Shown here: one piece after another, positions 47,819-56,770 of the stretch
How positions within the stretch are numbered: the first letter of the stretch is position 1
Layout of the letters: each line of letters begins with the position of its first letter
Assembly: GCA_037131875.1 (NCBI GenBank)
Contig: JBAXQF010000001.1
Location: 1 to 58,540 of the forward strand
Length of the DNA stretch: 58,540 bases
Reading direction: 5' to 3'
Source of the DNA: Verrucomicrobiota bacterium
Lineage (GTDB): Bacteria > Verrucomicrobiota > Verrucomicrobiia > Chthoniobacterales > Chthoniobacteraceae
The notes under the pieces: generated by a model
Told to the model about the DNA's origin: nothing
Databases searched by the model: none
The model's input: the letters and a program-made list of their open reading frames with translations, nothing else
Program-made: the position numbers and the translations under genes

Positions 47819-48021
47819 TTTAGAGCAGTTCTCAAAAAGAATTTCCGAATCCCCAGCCGCTCTGCGGAGGGGGGGCGCGGTGGATCGGCCGCTCCGCGGG
47901 CGATTCTTCAAAGCACATCGAGCGGAGCGAGCTGATTTTGTTTGCAACGCCTACCCCCGGAATCGCGCGCGGAGCGCACGATCCACCCTCTGCGTTTCGG
48001 AAATTCTTTCCGAGAAACGCT
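47819..48021. repeat. About 200-bp foldback element
   Basis: ttagagcagttctcaaaaagaatttccgaa...gtggatcggccgctccgcgggcgattc is inverted, with a roughly 20-bp indel, at 47957-48021. Confidence 0.75.
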
Positions 48022-48029
48022 CTAACCCG

Positions 48030-48118
48030 GAGGGTTTACAGACAATAGCCGGGGGTTGAGCGCAGCGACACCCCCGGAAGAAAAAATAGCGGATTCACCC
48101 CGGCAGGGGTGGCAGACA
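48030..48118. repeat. Short hairpin modules shared with 89-178
   Basis: ccgggggt...acccccgg and caccccggcaggggtg. Near-identical strings occur at the window start. Confidence 0.6.
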
Positions 48119-48160
48119 CGTTCTCTATGCTCTTTCTCAAATGGAAATGGGATGACAGGT

Positions 48161-50218
48161 TCAGCGCGCCCTTTTGCTGGCAAAACGCACGAGCGCCTCT
48201 TTCATCGCCGTGGCGTGCACCGGCTTGCTGAGAAAATCATCCATGCCCGCGCCCAGGCATAACTCGCGGATGGAATCGCTCACATGCGCCGTCATGGCCA
48301 TGATGTAGGCCGGTTTGCGGGATTGAGCGGCCTCATATTCCCGAATCCGCCGCGTGGTTTCGCAGCCGTCCCATCCGGGCATCTCGCGATCCATCAGAAT
48401 GAGGTCGAATGCTGTTTTCTGGACGGCCTTGAGCGCGTTTTCCCCATCGGCTGCCACCGCCGCAGAGTAGCCGAGCTTGCGCATGAGCGCCGAGGCGATG
48501 AGCAGGTTCACCTGGTTGTCTTCCACGAGCAGAACCTTCAAACCCAGGGGCAACGCAGTCGCGGGTGCAGCCTGCTTGGGCAGTGGCGCGCGGCGAGGGG
48601 CTTTGTTCAGCGGCGTCGCGATGCATTCCATCGCTTCGCATTGCCTGAGCGGGATGGTCATTTGCGCGTCAATCCCTGTTTCCAAGAGGGATGCCGGTTC
48701 CTCGCCCGGGTTTTCTGGCGCAAGCAGAATCACCCGGATCTGAGCGAGGGCGGGGTCGCCCTTGATTTCCTGAGCCAAGGCTGCCGCCTCTTCTTTGGGG
48801 AGATGGAGAACGGCACAGTCAAAGCGAACCGCGCCTGCGTCGCGCAGCATGGGGAGTGCAAGTGCGGGCGCCTCCACTCCGGCGGTGTGGAAATGGAACG
48901 CGCGCATTTGCTGCTCAATGAGGTGGCGCAGGGCGGGGGTCTTTGCCACCACAAGCACGCGGCACTCTTCCAGGGAGGCCGGTTCTTGCGCGACATTCTG
49001 TTTCAGCAGCGGAACGGTGCAGCGGAAGGCAGAGCCTTTGTCCAGGGCGCTTTCCAAACCGATGTGCCCGCCCATCAACTCCACCAACTCCCGGCAGATG
49101 GCCAGGCCCAGGCCGGAACCCCCGTATTTGCGGGAGGTTGATTCATCCGCCTGGCTGAAAGGCTGGAAGAGGTGCTGCTGCGCCTCCGTGGGGATGCCGA
49201 CGCCGGTGTCCTGGACTTCCAGGCAGAGCATGGCCCGTGTGGCGTCTTCGCTCAGGAGACTGGCGCGCACCACGACATGACCTTGCGGGGTGAATTTGAT
49301 GGCGTTGCTCACCAGGTTCATGATGACCTGGCGCAGACGCAGGGGATCGCCCCGCAGGAGGGTCGGCGTCCGTGGCGCAATGATGCCCGCAAGATAAAGC
49401 CCTTTGGAGTTGGCGCTGCCCGCCACGATCTTCAAGACGCTTTCAATGACCTCCCGCAGGTCAAAATCAATGCACTCCAAAGTCAGCTTGCGGGCTTCCA
49501 TTTTGGAGAAGTCGAGGATGTCGTTCACCAGGGCGACAAGCGATTCCGAGCAACCGCGAATGGTGTTTACATAATCGCGCTGCTGATCCGTCAAGCTGGT
49601 TTCCAGGAGCAAACCGGACATGCCGATCACCCCGTTCATCGGCGTGCGCAGTTCGTGGCTCATGCTGGCCAGGAAGTTGCTCTTGGCTTGGGCGGCTCTT
49701 TCAAGCTGCTGGTTGGCGCCGACGAGCGCGGTGTTGCTCGCAACCAATGCCTGCTGGCTTTGGCGCAACGCTTCAAACGCGTCGTCGCGCTGGATGCGGT
49801 GCCAGCTTGCCATGGAGTGGTAGCGAATGCGCGCAAGGATCTCAAGGCGATCCGGCAGCTTCACCATGTAATCATTGGCTCCGGCTGCGAAGAGCGTGCT
49901 CTTGGTTTCCGCCTCCTCTTTGGTGGAGAGGATGACGATAGGCGTGTGCTCGGTCTCCGGGTTGGAGCGAAAGTCGCGCAGCAGTGTCAACCCGTCAACT
50001 TGGGGCATCACCAGATCGAGCAGAATCACCGTCGGCTTCACGCGGTTGGCCATGGAGATGGCCTCCAGCGGGTTGGCGCAGTAGTGGAAATCCACGTCCG
50101 GCTCGCCCGCCACAGCCTGTTGCATGGCGGCGGCGACCAGCGCCTGGTCGTCCACCAAGAGAACCAGTGCAGGGCAGCGTTCCTGGCCATCCTTCCAATA
50201 CTCAGTCATTTGTTCCAT
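48161..50218 (-). CDS. Hybrid histidine kinase: WspR-like REC + stalk, HisKA, HATPase_c, degenerate REC, REC
   Basis: N-terminal receiver ([16 protein letters not shown]...ARIRYHS), H-box [31 protein letters not shown]. The middle receiver lacks acidic pocket residues (VVAKT, AVLHLP). The C-terminal receiver has [13 protein letters not shown]. Confidence 0.9.
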   Translation of the reverse strand: MEQMTEYWKDGQERCPALVLLVDDQALVAAAMQQAVAGEPDVDFHYCANPLEAISMANRVKPTVILLDLVMPQVDGLTLLRDFRSNPETEHTPIVILSTKEEAETKSTLFAAGANDYMVKLPDRLEILARIRYHSMASWHRIQRDDAFEALRQSQQALVASNTALVGANQQLERAAQAKSNFLASMSHELRTPMNGVIGMSGLLLETSLTDQQRDYVNTIRGCSESLVALVNDILDFSKMEARKLTLECIDFDLREVIESVLKIVAGSANSKGLYLAGIIAPRTPTLLRGDPLRLRQVIMNLVSNAIKFTPQGHVVVRASLLSEDATRAMLCLEVQDTGVGIPTEAQQHLFQPFSQADESTSRKYGGSGLGLAICRELVELMGGHIGLESALDKGSAFRCTVPLLKQNVAQEPASLEECRVLVVAKTPALRHLIEQQMRAFHFHTAGVEAPALALPMLRDAGAVRFDCAVLHLPKEEAAALAQEIKGDPALAQIRVILLAPENPGEEPASLLETGIDAQMTIPLRQCEAMECIATPLNKAPRRAPLPKQAAPATALPLGLKVLLVEDNQVNLLIASALMRKLGYSAAVAADGENALKAVQKTAFDLILMDREMPGWDGCETTRRIREYEAAQSRKPAYIMAMTAHVSDSIRELCLGAGMDDFLSKPVHATAMKEALVRFASKRAR

Positions 50219-50906
50219 GGTCAGTCCAGTCTTTCAACATGCTTGCATAACAATCAGGGCAGAGGCCGTGGGAAAAGGTCACATCGGTGTGCTCAGTGAG
50301 GTAGGTGTCGAGCAGGTGCCAGTAATTTTGATCATCGCGGACTTTCTTGCAGCTACAGCAGATGGGGAGCAGCCCCTGCAATTGTTTGACTTCGTCGAGC
50401 GCCTTTTTCAGGCCTTCGTTGAGCAGGCGCAGTTCGGTGTTTGTGCGCACCAGTTGCTGCTGGCTTTCGCGCAAGGCAACGAAGGCTTCCTCGCGCTGGA
50501 GCCGGTTTACGTGCGCCCGGGTGTGGTAGCGGATGCGGGCGCGCAGTTCGATCATATCCGGGAGTTTCACCAGATAATCATTGGCTCCAAGGGCGAAGGC
50601 GTCGCTCTTCGTCTGAGCTTCCTCCTCTGCGGAAAGCACGACGATGGGCGCCTCGGCGGTGACAGCGTTCTCGCGGAAGAGCTTCAACAGCGTGAGCCCG
50701 CTGATCTGGGGCATCACCAGATCGAGAAGGATGACCGTTGGCCTGAGCGTGTTGGCCAGTGCGATGGCCTCATGGGGATTGGGACAAAAATGAAGGTCAA
50801 TATCGCTCTGTCCATTCAGGGCGCGCGTGACGGCGTCGCCCACAAAGGCCTGGTCGTCAATCAAGAGAACCAACGCATGGTAGGTGTCTGGGAGTTCGTG
50901 ATCCAT
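50202..50906 (-). CDS. Response regulator: WspR-like REC + coiled-coil stalk + C-terminal Cys/His-rich module (no GGDEF)
   Basis: Receiver with [12 protein letters not shown] and [16 protein letters not shown], stalk [34 protein letters not shown], then [43 protein letters not shown]. The start at MDHELPD avoids overlap with cheB. Confidence 0.8.
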   Translation of the reverse strand: MDHELPDTYHALVLLIDDQAFVGDAVTRALNGQSDIDLHFCPNPHEAIALANTLRPTVILLDLVMPQISGLTLLKLFRENAVTAEAPIVVLSAEEEAQTKSDAFALGANDYLVKLPDMIELRARIRYHTRAHVNRLQREEAFVALRESQQQLVRTNTELRLLNEGLKKALDEVKQLQGLLPICCSCKKVRDDQNYWHLLDTYLTEHTDVTFSHGLCPDCYASMLKDWTDHGTND

Positions 50907-50917
50907 TTGCCAGGTCT

Positions 50918-51952
50918 TCAGGAGGTTTTGGAAGATTTCGGGTGAGTGCAACATTTGAGAAGGGCGGCGGCAATCCCGCCAAGAGATAAAATTTCAGTCG
51001 CGGCTCCGAGTTCCGCCGCCGCTTTGGGCATTCCATACACGGCACACCCTTCCTTGCTTTGGGTGATGGTGTGAAAGCCTGCATTGCGCAAGGTTTTGAG
51101 GCCCCTGGCTCCGTCGCGTCCCATGCCGGTAAGCAGAATCCCCACCACTTCGCCCGGCCAATGCCGCGCGACGCTTTCAAAAAAGACATCCACGGAAGGC
51201 CAGTAGAAGGATTCCTTCGGTTCGCTCGTGTATTTCAAGCGCCGTGGATTTGCCAAAATCAGGTGTTTGCTGCTCACCGCCATCAACACTTCTCCGGGCC
51301 GGGGGGTGTCCCCGTCGCAGATCCCGCGCATCGGCAGGGAACACTGCTGCTTCAGCCATTCCACCAGGGACGGCGCAAACTGCTCATCCACATGCTGGAC
51401 GATGATGATGGGCGAGGGGAAGTCTTTGGGAAGCTGTTGCAGGATTTCCGCCAGCGCACTGGGGCCTCCTGCGGATGCGCCGATGACCACCAAGGGAGGC
51501 GCTTCCTGCTGAGGGGAAGCGGTGGACGATGCTTGTCTGCAAAGGCATTCCCGAACCCCCTCAAGCATCCCGCTCAAGGTGTCGATCTTGGCAAGAAGCG
51601 GTGCGCTGACTTTGTGAAGGTCGCCCACTCCCAGCGCCGGGGTGTCCACCGCGTCCAGGGCGCCGTTCCCCATGGCCTGGAAAACCATCTCCGCGTTTTC
51701 TTCCACGCTGCAAGTCACGACAAGGATGGCACACGGACATTGCAGCATGATCTCGCGGGTTGTCAGCACGCCATCCATCTTCGGCATGATCAGATCCATC
51801 AAAATCAAATCCGGCGTGTCCTTCAAACACAGCGCCAACGCCTCGCGCCCATTGCTGGCGATCCATGCGACCTCGTGTGTGCCGGGCAGTGATACAGCCC
51901 GCCGCAAGGCTTCTGCTGCCACTGGTAAATCGTTGACGATAGCAATGCGCAT
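50918..51952 (-). CDS. cheB: Chemotaxis response regulator protein-glutamate methylesterase (WspF position)
   Basis: REC (LILMDLIMPKMDG) plus the esterase motifs GASAGGP, QHVDEQF and TGMGRDG. Confidence 0.9.
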   Translation of the reverse strand: MRIAIVNDLPVAAEALRRAVSLPGTHEVAWIASNGREALALCLKDTPDLILMDLIMPKMDGVLTTREIMLQCPCAILVVTCSVEENAEMVFQAMGNGALDAVDTPALGVGDLHKVSAPLLAKIDTLSGMLEGVRECLCRQASSTASPQQEAPPLVVIGASAGGPSALAEILQQLPKDFPSPIIIVQHVDEQFAPSLVEWLKQQCSLPMRGICDGDTPRPGEVLMAVSSKHLILANPRRLKYTSEPKESFYWPSVDVFFESVARHWPGEVVGILLTGMGRDGARGLKTLRNAGFHTITQSKEGCAVYGMPKAAAELGAATEILSLGGIAAALLKCCTHPKSSKTS

Positions 51953-52025
51953 TTTTAGTTTCGTGAGATTCTACAACTTTCCTACAGTTTTCGCATAACG
52001 TATAGTTACGTATATTTCTGGAATT
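51953..52025. promoter_or_regulatory. AT-rich spacer inside the che cluster with phased ACGTATA direct repeats
   Basis: ACGTATA at 51998-52004 and 52008-52014; CTACA twice; TAGAAT on the minus strand (51968-51973) 16 nt before the cheB ATG. Confidence 0.3.
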
Positions 52026-54284
52026 CTATTCCAAAGCTTCCCCAATCAAATCCGTCACCGCGTTGAGCAGCGTTTCGTCATGGAAGCTGCCTTTGGTGAG
52101 ATAGTAGTCCGCTCCGGCCTCCAGCCCCCGGTTGCGGTCTTCGGGCCGGTCTTTGTAGGAGACAATCATCACGGGAAGCTCCTTGAGGCGCGGATCGTTC
52201 TTGATGAGGCGCACCAATTCAATGCCGTCCAGACGCGGCATGTCGATGTCGGTGACGACCAGATCGAACGGTTGCGTGCGCACCGCGTTCCACCCGTCCA
52301 TGCCGTCGATGGAGACCTCCACTTCGTAGCCGGCATTGCTGATGAGCTTGCGCTCCAGTTCGCGCACGGTCAGGGAATCGTCCACCACCAACACCCGCTT
52401 GCGGCGGCGGTCTGCATGCACCGCTCCGGCGCGCTGCACCCGGTCAAGTTGCCCGTGGGAAATCAGCAATTCCACCGAGCGCATCACATCATCCACGTCA
52501 AGGATCAGCACCGGGGAACCGTCGGGCATGAGGGCTCCGGCGTTGATGTCCTTGATCTTTCCAAGCCGCGGATCCAGCGGTTGAACCACCAGTTGCCGTT
52601 CGCCCAAAAAGCGATCCACCACCACGCCGAAGCGCTTGGCGCGATCCCCCAGGATCACCACCGAGACTTGATCTGCGCTGGATGTTTGATTTTTGCCGAA
52701 GATCTGCGCCGCCGAGACCAATCCAACCCGCTGGCCTTCAAAGGGGGCATGCTCCCGGCCCTCCAGCGTTTCGATGTCGGTGCGCGCCACGTGCAGGGTG
52801 CGCGTCAGCCGTGCAAGCGGGATGGCATAAGGTTCTCCGGCTACCTCCACCAACAAAAACCGCATGACGGAAAGCGTCAGCGGAAGCTGGAGTTGGAACC
52901 GCGTTCCGTTGCCGGGCTGGGTGGTCAGGCGCACGCTGCCACCCAGGGCTTTGACGGTGTTCTGGACGACATCAAGGCCGACGCCGCGCCCGGAGATTTC
53001 CGTCACTTCCTCGCGCATGGAGAAGCCCGGCAGGAAGAGGAAATCCAGGAGTTCCTCTTCGCTCAATGTTCTTGCCACATCCGCCGTGGTCAGTTTTTTG
53101 GAAACCACCGCCGCGCGCAGGGCTTCAAGCAAAACGCCCCGGCCGTCGTCTTCGATGCTGACCATGAGCAGCCCGGCCACATGGCGCGCTTCCAGTCGCA
53201 ACATTCCTTCGCGGGGTTTTCCGGCGCGCAGGCGTTCCTCCGGCGCTTCGAGCCCGTGATCCAGCGCGTTGCGCAAGAGATGGCCGAGCGGCGCTTCCAG
53301 CCGTTCCAGCACATCGCGATCCACGGGAGTTGTTTCCCCGGAAATTTGCAGCTTCACTTCCTTGCCAAGTTGGCGGGCAAGATCGCGGGCAAGCCGCTGG
53401 AACCCTTGCACTCCGTCGGCGAAGGGGCGCATCCGGCTCGCGAGAACTTCCCGGTAAAGCCGGTGGGAAAGGCTGGCCGAGCGGCGCGTATAAAGCTCCA
53501 GTTCCTCATGGCGCGCGCCCAGATTCTGTACGCAAGCCGCAGCCTGCTGCTGGGCATTGGTCAACAGGGCGGAGGTTTTTTCGTCGAGGCTTTTCCCGCC
53601 AAGCGACTCCCGCAAGGCTTCCATTGTCTGGGAAAGTTTCGTCTGCTGACGCTTGAGCCGCAGCAGCGATTCCGCATACGGAGAAAGCCAGCGCGATTCC
53701 ACCAACGCCTCTCCCGCAAGCCCCAAAAGGCGGTTCAAATTCGTTGCGGCCACCCGCAGCACCCGGTCGTCGGACTTTGCCGCAGCCGGCGCCCCGGCGC
53801 TCTTCATTTCTTCAGGCTTCGCAGCGCTTTCGGGTGGGGGTGAAGGTTGGGGAAATTCGGGCTGCTTCGGCGCATTCCCACTCGTGATTGCTGTGACGGC
53901 GCAAACCATCTGTTCGATCTCCGGGGCGTTCTCATTTTTCCAGACGCCGATCTCCGCTTCCGGTGTTTGCGCAATGCGGCTGAAGAGATCGACGCTGCGC
54001 AGGAGAACATCCACCGCGCCCGCGTGCAAGACGATGGCGCCTTTCTGTGCCGCCACAAAGCAATCCTCCATGGCGTGGGCAACCTGCACTGCGGCGTGGA
54101 GACCCACGATGCGCGCCGCGCCCTTGAGCGAGTGGGCGGCCCGCATCAACTCCTCCAGCAGGACAGCTTCGGTGGGATCGCGCTCCAAGGCGAGAAGCCC
54201 CTGGGTGAGGACGGCGCTCTGGCTTTCGGCCTCCTTGTGGAAAAGGTCGAGGAGCGAAAACTGGTTGTAGTCGTTCTGGCTCAT
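52026..54284 (-). CDS. cheA: Hybrid CheA: Hpt, dimerisation, HATPase, CheW-like, C-terminal REC (WspE architecture)
   Basis: Hpt HSLKGAARIVG, N-box HLLRNALDHGLE, GRGVGLDVV, CheW-like domain, receiver LVVTDIDMPRLDG. Confidence 0.92.
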   Translation of the reverse strand: MSQNDYNQFSLLDLFHKEAESQSAVLTQGLLALERDPTEAVLLEELMRAAHSLKGAARIVGLHAAVQVAHAMEDCFVAAQKGAIVLHAGAVDVLLRSVDLFSRIAQTPEAEIGVWKNENAPEIEQMVCAVTAITSGNAPKQPEFPQPSPPPESAAKPEEMKSAGAPAAAKSDDRVLRVAATNLNRLLGLAGEALVESRWLSPYAESLLRLKRQQTKLSQTMEALRESLGGKSLDEKTSALLTNAQQQAAACVQNLGARHEELELYTRRSASLSHRLYREVLASRMRPFADGVQGFQRLARDLARQLGKEVKLQISGETTPVDRDVLERLEAPLGHLLRNALDHGLEAPEERLRAGKPREGMLRLEARHVAGLLMVSIEDDGRGVLLEALRAAVVSKKLTTADVARTLSEEELLDFLFLPGFSMREEVTEISGRGVGLDVVQNTVKALGGSVRLTTQPGNGTRFQLQLPLTLSVMRFLLVEVAGEPYAIPLARLTRTLHVARTDIETLEGREHAPFEGQRVGLVSAAQIFGKNQTSSADQVSVVILGDRAKRFGVVVDRFLGERQLVVQPLDPRLGKIKDINAGALMPDGSPVLILDVDDVMRSVELLISHGQLDRVQRAGAVHADRRRKRVLVVDDSLTVRELERKLISNAGYEVEVSIDGMDGWNAVRTQPFDLVVTDIDMPRLDGIELVRLIKNDPRLKELPVMIVSYKDRPEDRNRGLEAGADYYLTKGSFHDETLLNAVTDLIGEALE

Positions 54285-54287
54285 GGA

Positions 54288-54992
54288 TTAGGCGAGGTGG
54301 CGGCTGAGGGCGTAGAAGAGCAGGGATTCGTCCAGCACGCCGACGTTCCGCCCTTCCCAGGAAAGCAGGCCGGTGGTGTAGCGCGCGGCGGATTGTGCAA
54401 CGGTGGAGGGAACCGGCTTCAAATCGTTCGGATGATAACGCACGCCCACGTGCACTTCGTGGACGGAGAACACCACCCGCTCCGCGTTTTGCCCCACGAC
54501 CAGGAGCCGCTCATAAACGCTCCGCCCTTTTTGCATCGCGTTTTGCGCCGGGGTTGCCGCCGTTTCAATGCCCAGCAAATGGGCCAGGGAAACGCAAATC
54601 AAAAGCTCGCCGCGCACCATGGCAAGCCCTCGCACCATCGCGCCCTGCTGGTGCGGCAGAGTGTGGATGGGGCGCTGGTCCACCACCTCCTCAAAAACCT
54701 CGGTGGGCAATGCCAGCCATTCCCCGCCGATGCGGAAAATCACAATGGAGCGCGTGCCGGCCAGTTTTGCCTCTGGCGGGCGGGCCATGCGCTCCGTCCA
54801 GAAGTCGAGATAACCCTCGGGAGACTTGCGGTCAAGCAGGCTCGCCGCCGCCGCGCGAAAGACCTCGCAGTTCAGGCAGCGGATGTGCTTCTTGAGTTCG
54901 GGACACGTCTTGTCGCCGAAATTCCCTATCTGTTTCCAGCAGGCGGTGAACCCAATATCCGAGGTGGCAGAAGATGAAACGGTTTCGCTCAT
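54288..54992 (-). CDS. cheW: CheW-like coupling protein with N-terminal four-Cys motif (WspD position)
   Basis: CWKQIGNFGDKTCPELKKHIRCLNCEVF, then a CheW fold (IVIFRIGGEWLALP...). ATGA overlap with the cheR stop. Confidence 0.85.
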   Translation of the reverse strand: MSETVSSSATSDIGFTACWKQIGNFGDKTCPELKKHIRCLNCEVFRAAAASLLDRKSPEGYLDFWTERMARPPEAKLAGTRSIVIFRIGGEWLALPTEVFEEVVDQRPIHTLPHQQGAMVRGLAMVRGELLICVSLAHLLGIETAATPAQNAMQKGRSVYERLLVVGQNAERVVFSVHEVHVGVRYHPNDLKPVPSTVAQSAARYTTGLLSWEGRNVGVLDESLLFYALSRHLA

Positions 54993-56281
54993 GATGCTTT
55001 CGCTTTGGCTTTCGTCTGTGCCCGCCGGGCGCGCTCCTCAAGCTGCCGCGCCGCCTTGGCGTTGCCGCCTTTTTTTGTCAGCAGGGAGAGTTGGAAGAGG
55101 GCCTCGTGGTGATCCGGCTCCATGTAGAGAGTCTTCCGGTAATACGCTTCCGCCTGGGCGGGCTGGTTGGCTGCGTCCTCAATCAGCCCGAGCAAATAAT
55201 AGACGCGGCTGGAGGGCCCATGCGCCTTCAGGCAGGTTTCGCATTCGGCGCGCGCGGCATCGAAGCGGCCCGCGTCGGCCCATTTCTCGGCCTGGGCGAG
55301 CAGGGTTTCTGCCGTCGCGGGTGCCGTCGCGGGTGGGTTCGCTTTCACCCGGGGAGCAGGGATTACCGGGCGGGGAGGCGGGACGGCTGGTTTCACCGGC
55401 AAGGCAACCGCCCGGGGCGGAGCTATGGCGGCGGGCTTGGAAGCAGCCGCCTTGCGGGCCGTCGCGCCCGCCTTCTTCTTGCTTTTGCGGAAGGCGAACA
55501 CCATGGATTTTGGCAACGGCTCAAATCCAAACTCGCGGGAAATGCCTCCCTCCGCGTGGCCCAGGAACAGCAGCCCTTCTGGCGCAAGCATCCGGTCGAG
55601 CTTCGTCATGAGCCGCGCGCGGGAAGGCGCGTCAAAATAAATCATGAGGTTGCGGCAGAAAACGACATCCATTTCCCCTTCCTTGCGATCAAAGGAGGCG
55701 TCGAGCAGATTCGCCTGCCGGAACTGCACCTGGTTGCTGATCTGTTCATCCAGGCGCCAGCCGTCCCTGCACTTGTGAAAATGGATTTCGCGGAACTCGT
55801 TTTGCTGTCCGCGAAACGCATTGCGGTTGTAAACGGCTTGCCGCGCCTTGGCGAGCGCCTCTGCGCTGATGTCCACCGCCTCCACAGAAAAACGCTCGGG
55901 GGGCATCCCCGCATCCACAAGAGCCATGACGATGGAATACGGCTCCTCGCCCGTGGAACACGGCATGCTGATCACGCGCAGAACCTCGTAAGGGTGGGCT
56001 GGCAGCCATTCGTTCACGGCCCATTGGCCCAGTAATGCAAACGCCTCGCGATCCCGGAAAAACCAGGTTTCCGGCACCACAATCTCCTCAATGAGCGCGT
56101 GAAATTCCGTTTCCGAAGCGCCCAATAAGCCCGCGTATTCTGAAACAGTCTTGGTGCCCCGTTTTTTCATCCGGGTGCGGACAGCCAGCGTCACCATGGA
56201 GGGGCCGACAGAGCCGACATTCAGGCCGATTCCCCGCTGGAGAAGCGCCTCAATTTCCCTGGCTGGATCGGCCGCCGTCAT
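54989..56281 (-). CDS. cheR: CheR methyltransferase with Pro/Ala linker and C-terminal TPR (WspC architecture)
   Basis: ISMPCSTGEEPYSI, VFCRNLMIYFD, and a TPR-like C-terminus (YYLLGLIEDAANQPAQAEAYYRKTLYMEPDHHEALFQL). The start at 56281 gives an ATGA overlap with the upstream cheW. Confidence 0.85.
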   Translation of the reverse strand: MTAADPAREIEALLQRGIGLNVGSVGPSMVTLAVRTRMKKRGTKTVSEYAGLLGASETEFHALIEEIVVPETWFFRDREAFALLGQWAVNEWLPAHPYEVLRVISMPCSTGEEPYSIVMALVDAGMPPERFSVEAVDISAEALAKARQAVYNRNAFRGQQNEFREIHFHKCRDGWRLDEQISNQVQFRQANLLDASFDRKEGEMDVVFCRNLMIYFDAPSRARLMTKLDRMLAPEGLLFLGHAEGGISREFGFEPLPKSMVFAFRKSKKKAGATARKAAASKPAAIAPPRAVALPVKPAVPPPRPVIPAPRVKANPPATAPATAETLLAQAEKWADAGRFDAARAECETCLKAHGPSSRVYYLLGLIEDAANQPAQAEAYYRKTLYMEPDHHEALFQLSLLTKKGGNAKAARQLEERARRAQTKAKAKAS

Positions 56282-56742
56282 AATGCCTCCGCAGCTTGCC
56301 GCCACAAGGAGTTGCGCACTTCCGGTGTGAGCATCTGCCCGACATCCACCCGTTGCACAATCCCGCGTGCATCATGCACCACCGGCCCCAAATACGGAGC
56401 GCCTTCCGCCGCCACGCCGGGGTTTTGGAAATCTCCGTCCGCATACTGCGCGGTTTCCGTGGCCTTCTCCACCACCAGCCCAAGCAGCCGCTGCTCGCCA
56501 TCGGGACAAGGGTAGCGCACCAGCGCCAGCCGCGTGCTGAGACTGTCCTGCGCCGGTTGGCCAAGCGCCATGGCGCTCAAATCCACCACCGGCACCGGCT
56601 GCCCATGATAATTGAACACCCCGGCCACTCCCGCTGCCGCTTGGGGAATCCGCTTCAAGCGCACCATGGGCTCGACGGCGACAATCCCGCCCGCCTCAAG
56701 CGCGTAGCGGTCTTTGCCGATCTGGAAGAGAAGATAAACCAT
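56278..56742 (-). CDS. cheW: CheW coupling protein (WspB position)
   Basis: 154 aa CheW fold (YLLFQIGKDRYALEAGGIVAVEP...). Confidence 0.85.
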   Translation of the reverse strand: MVYLLFQIGKDRYALEAGGIVAVEPMVRLKRIPQAAAGVAGVFNYHGQPVPVVDLSAMALGQPAQDSLSTRLALVRYPCPDGEQRLLGLVVEKATETAQYADGDFQNPGVAAEGAPYLGPVVHDARGIVQRVDVGQMLTPEVRNSLWRQAAEAL

Positions 56743-56770
56743 GGTCGGAACCGGGGTTTCTTTAAAAAGA

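Noticed and set aside
50907-50954. Longer start of the Cys-module response regulator at 50954
   Set aside because: It would overlap cheB by 37 nt. The paralogous kinase receiver begins at the equivalent of the MDHELPD start.
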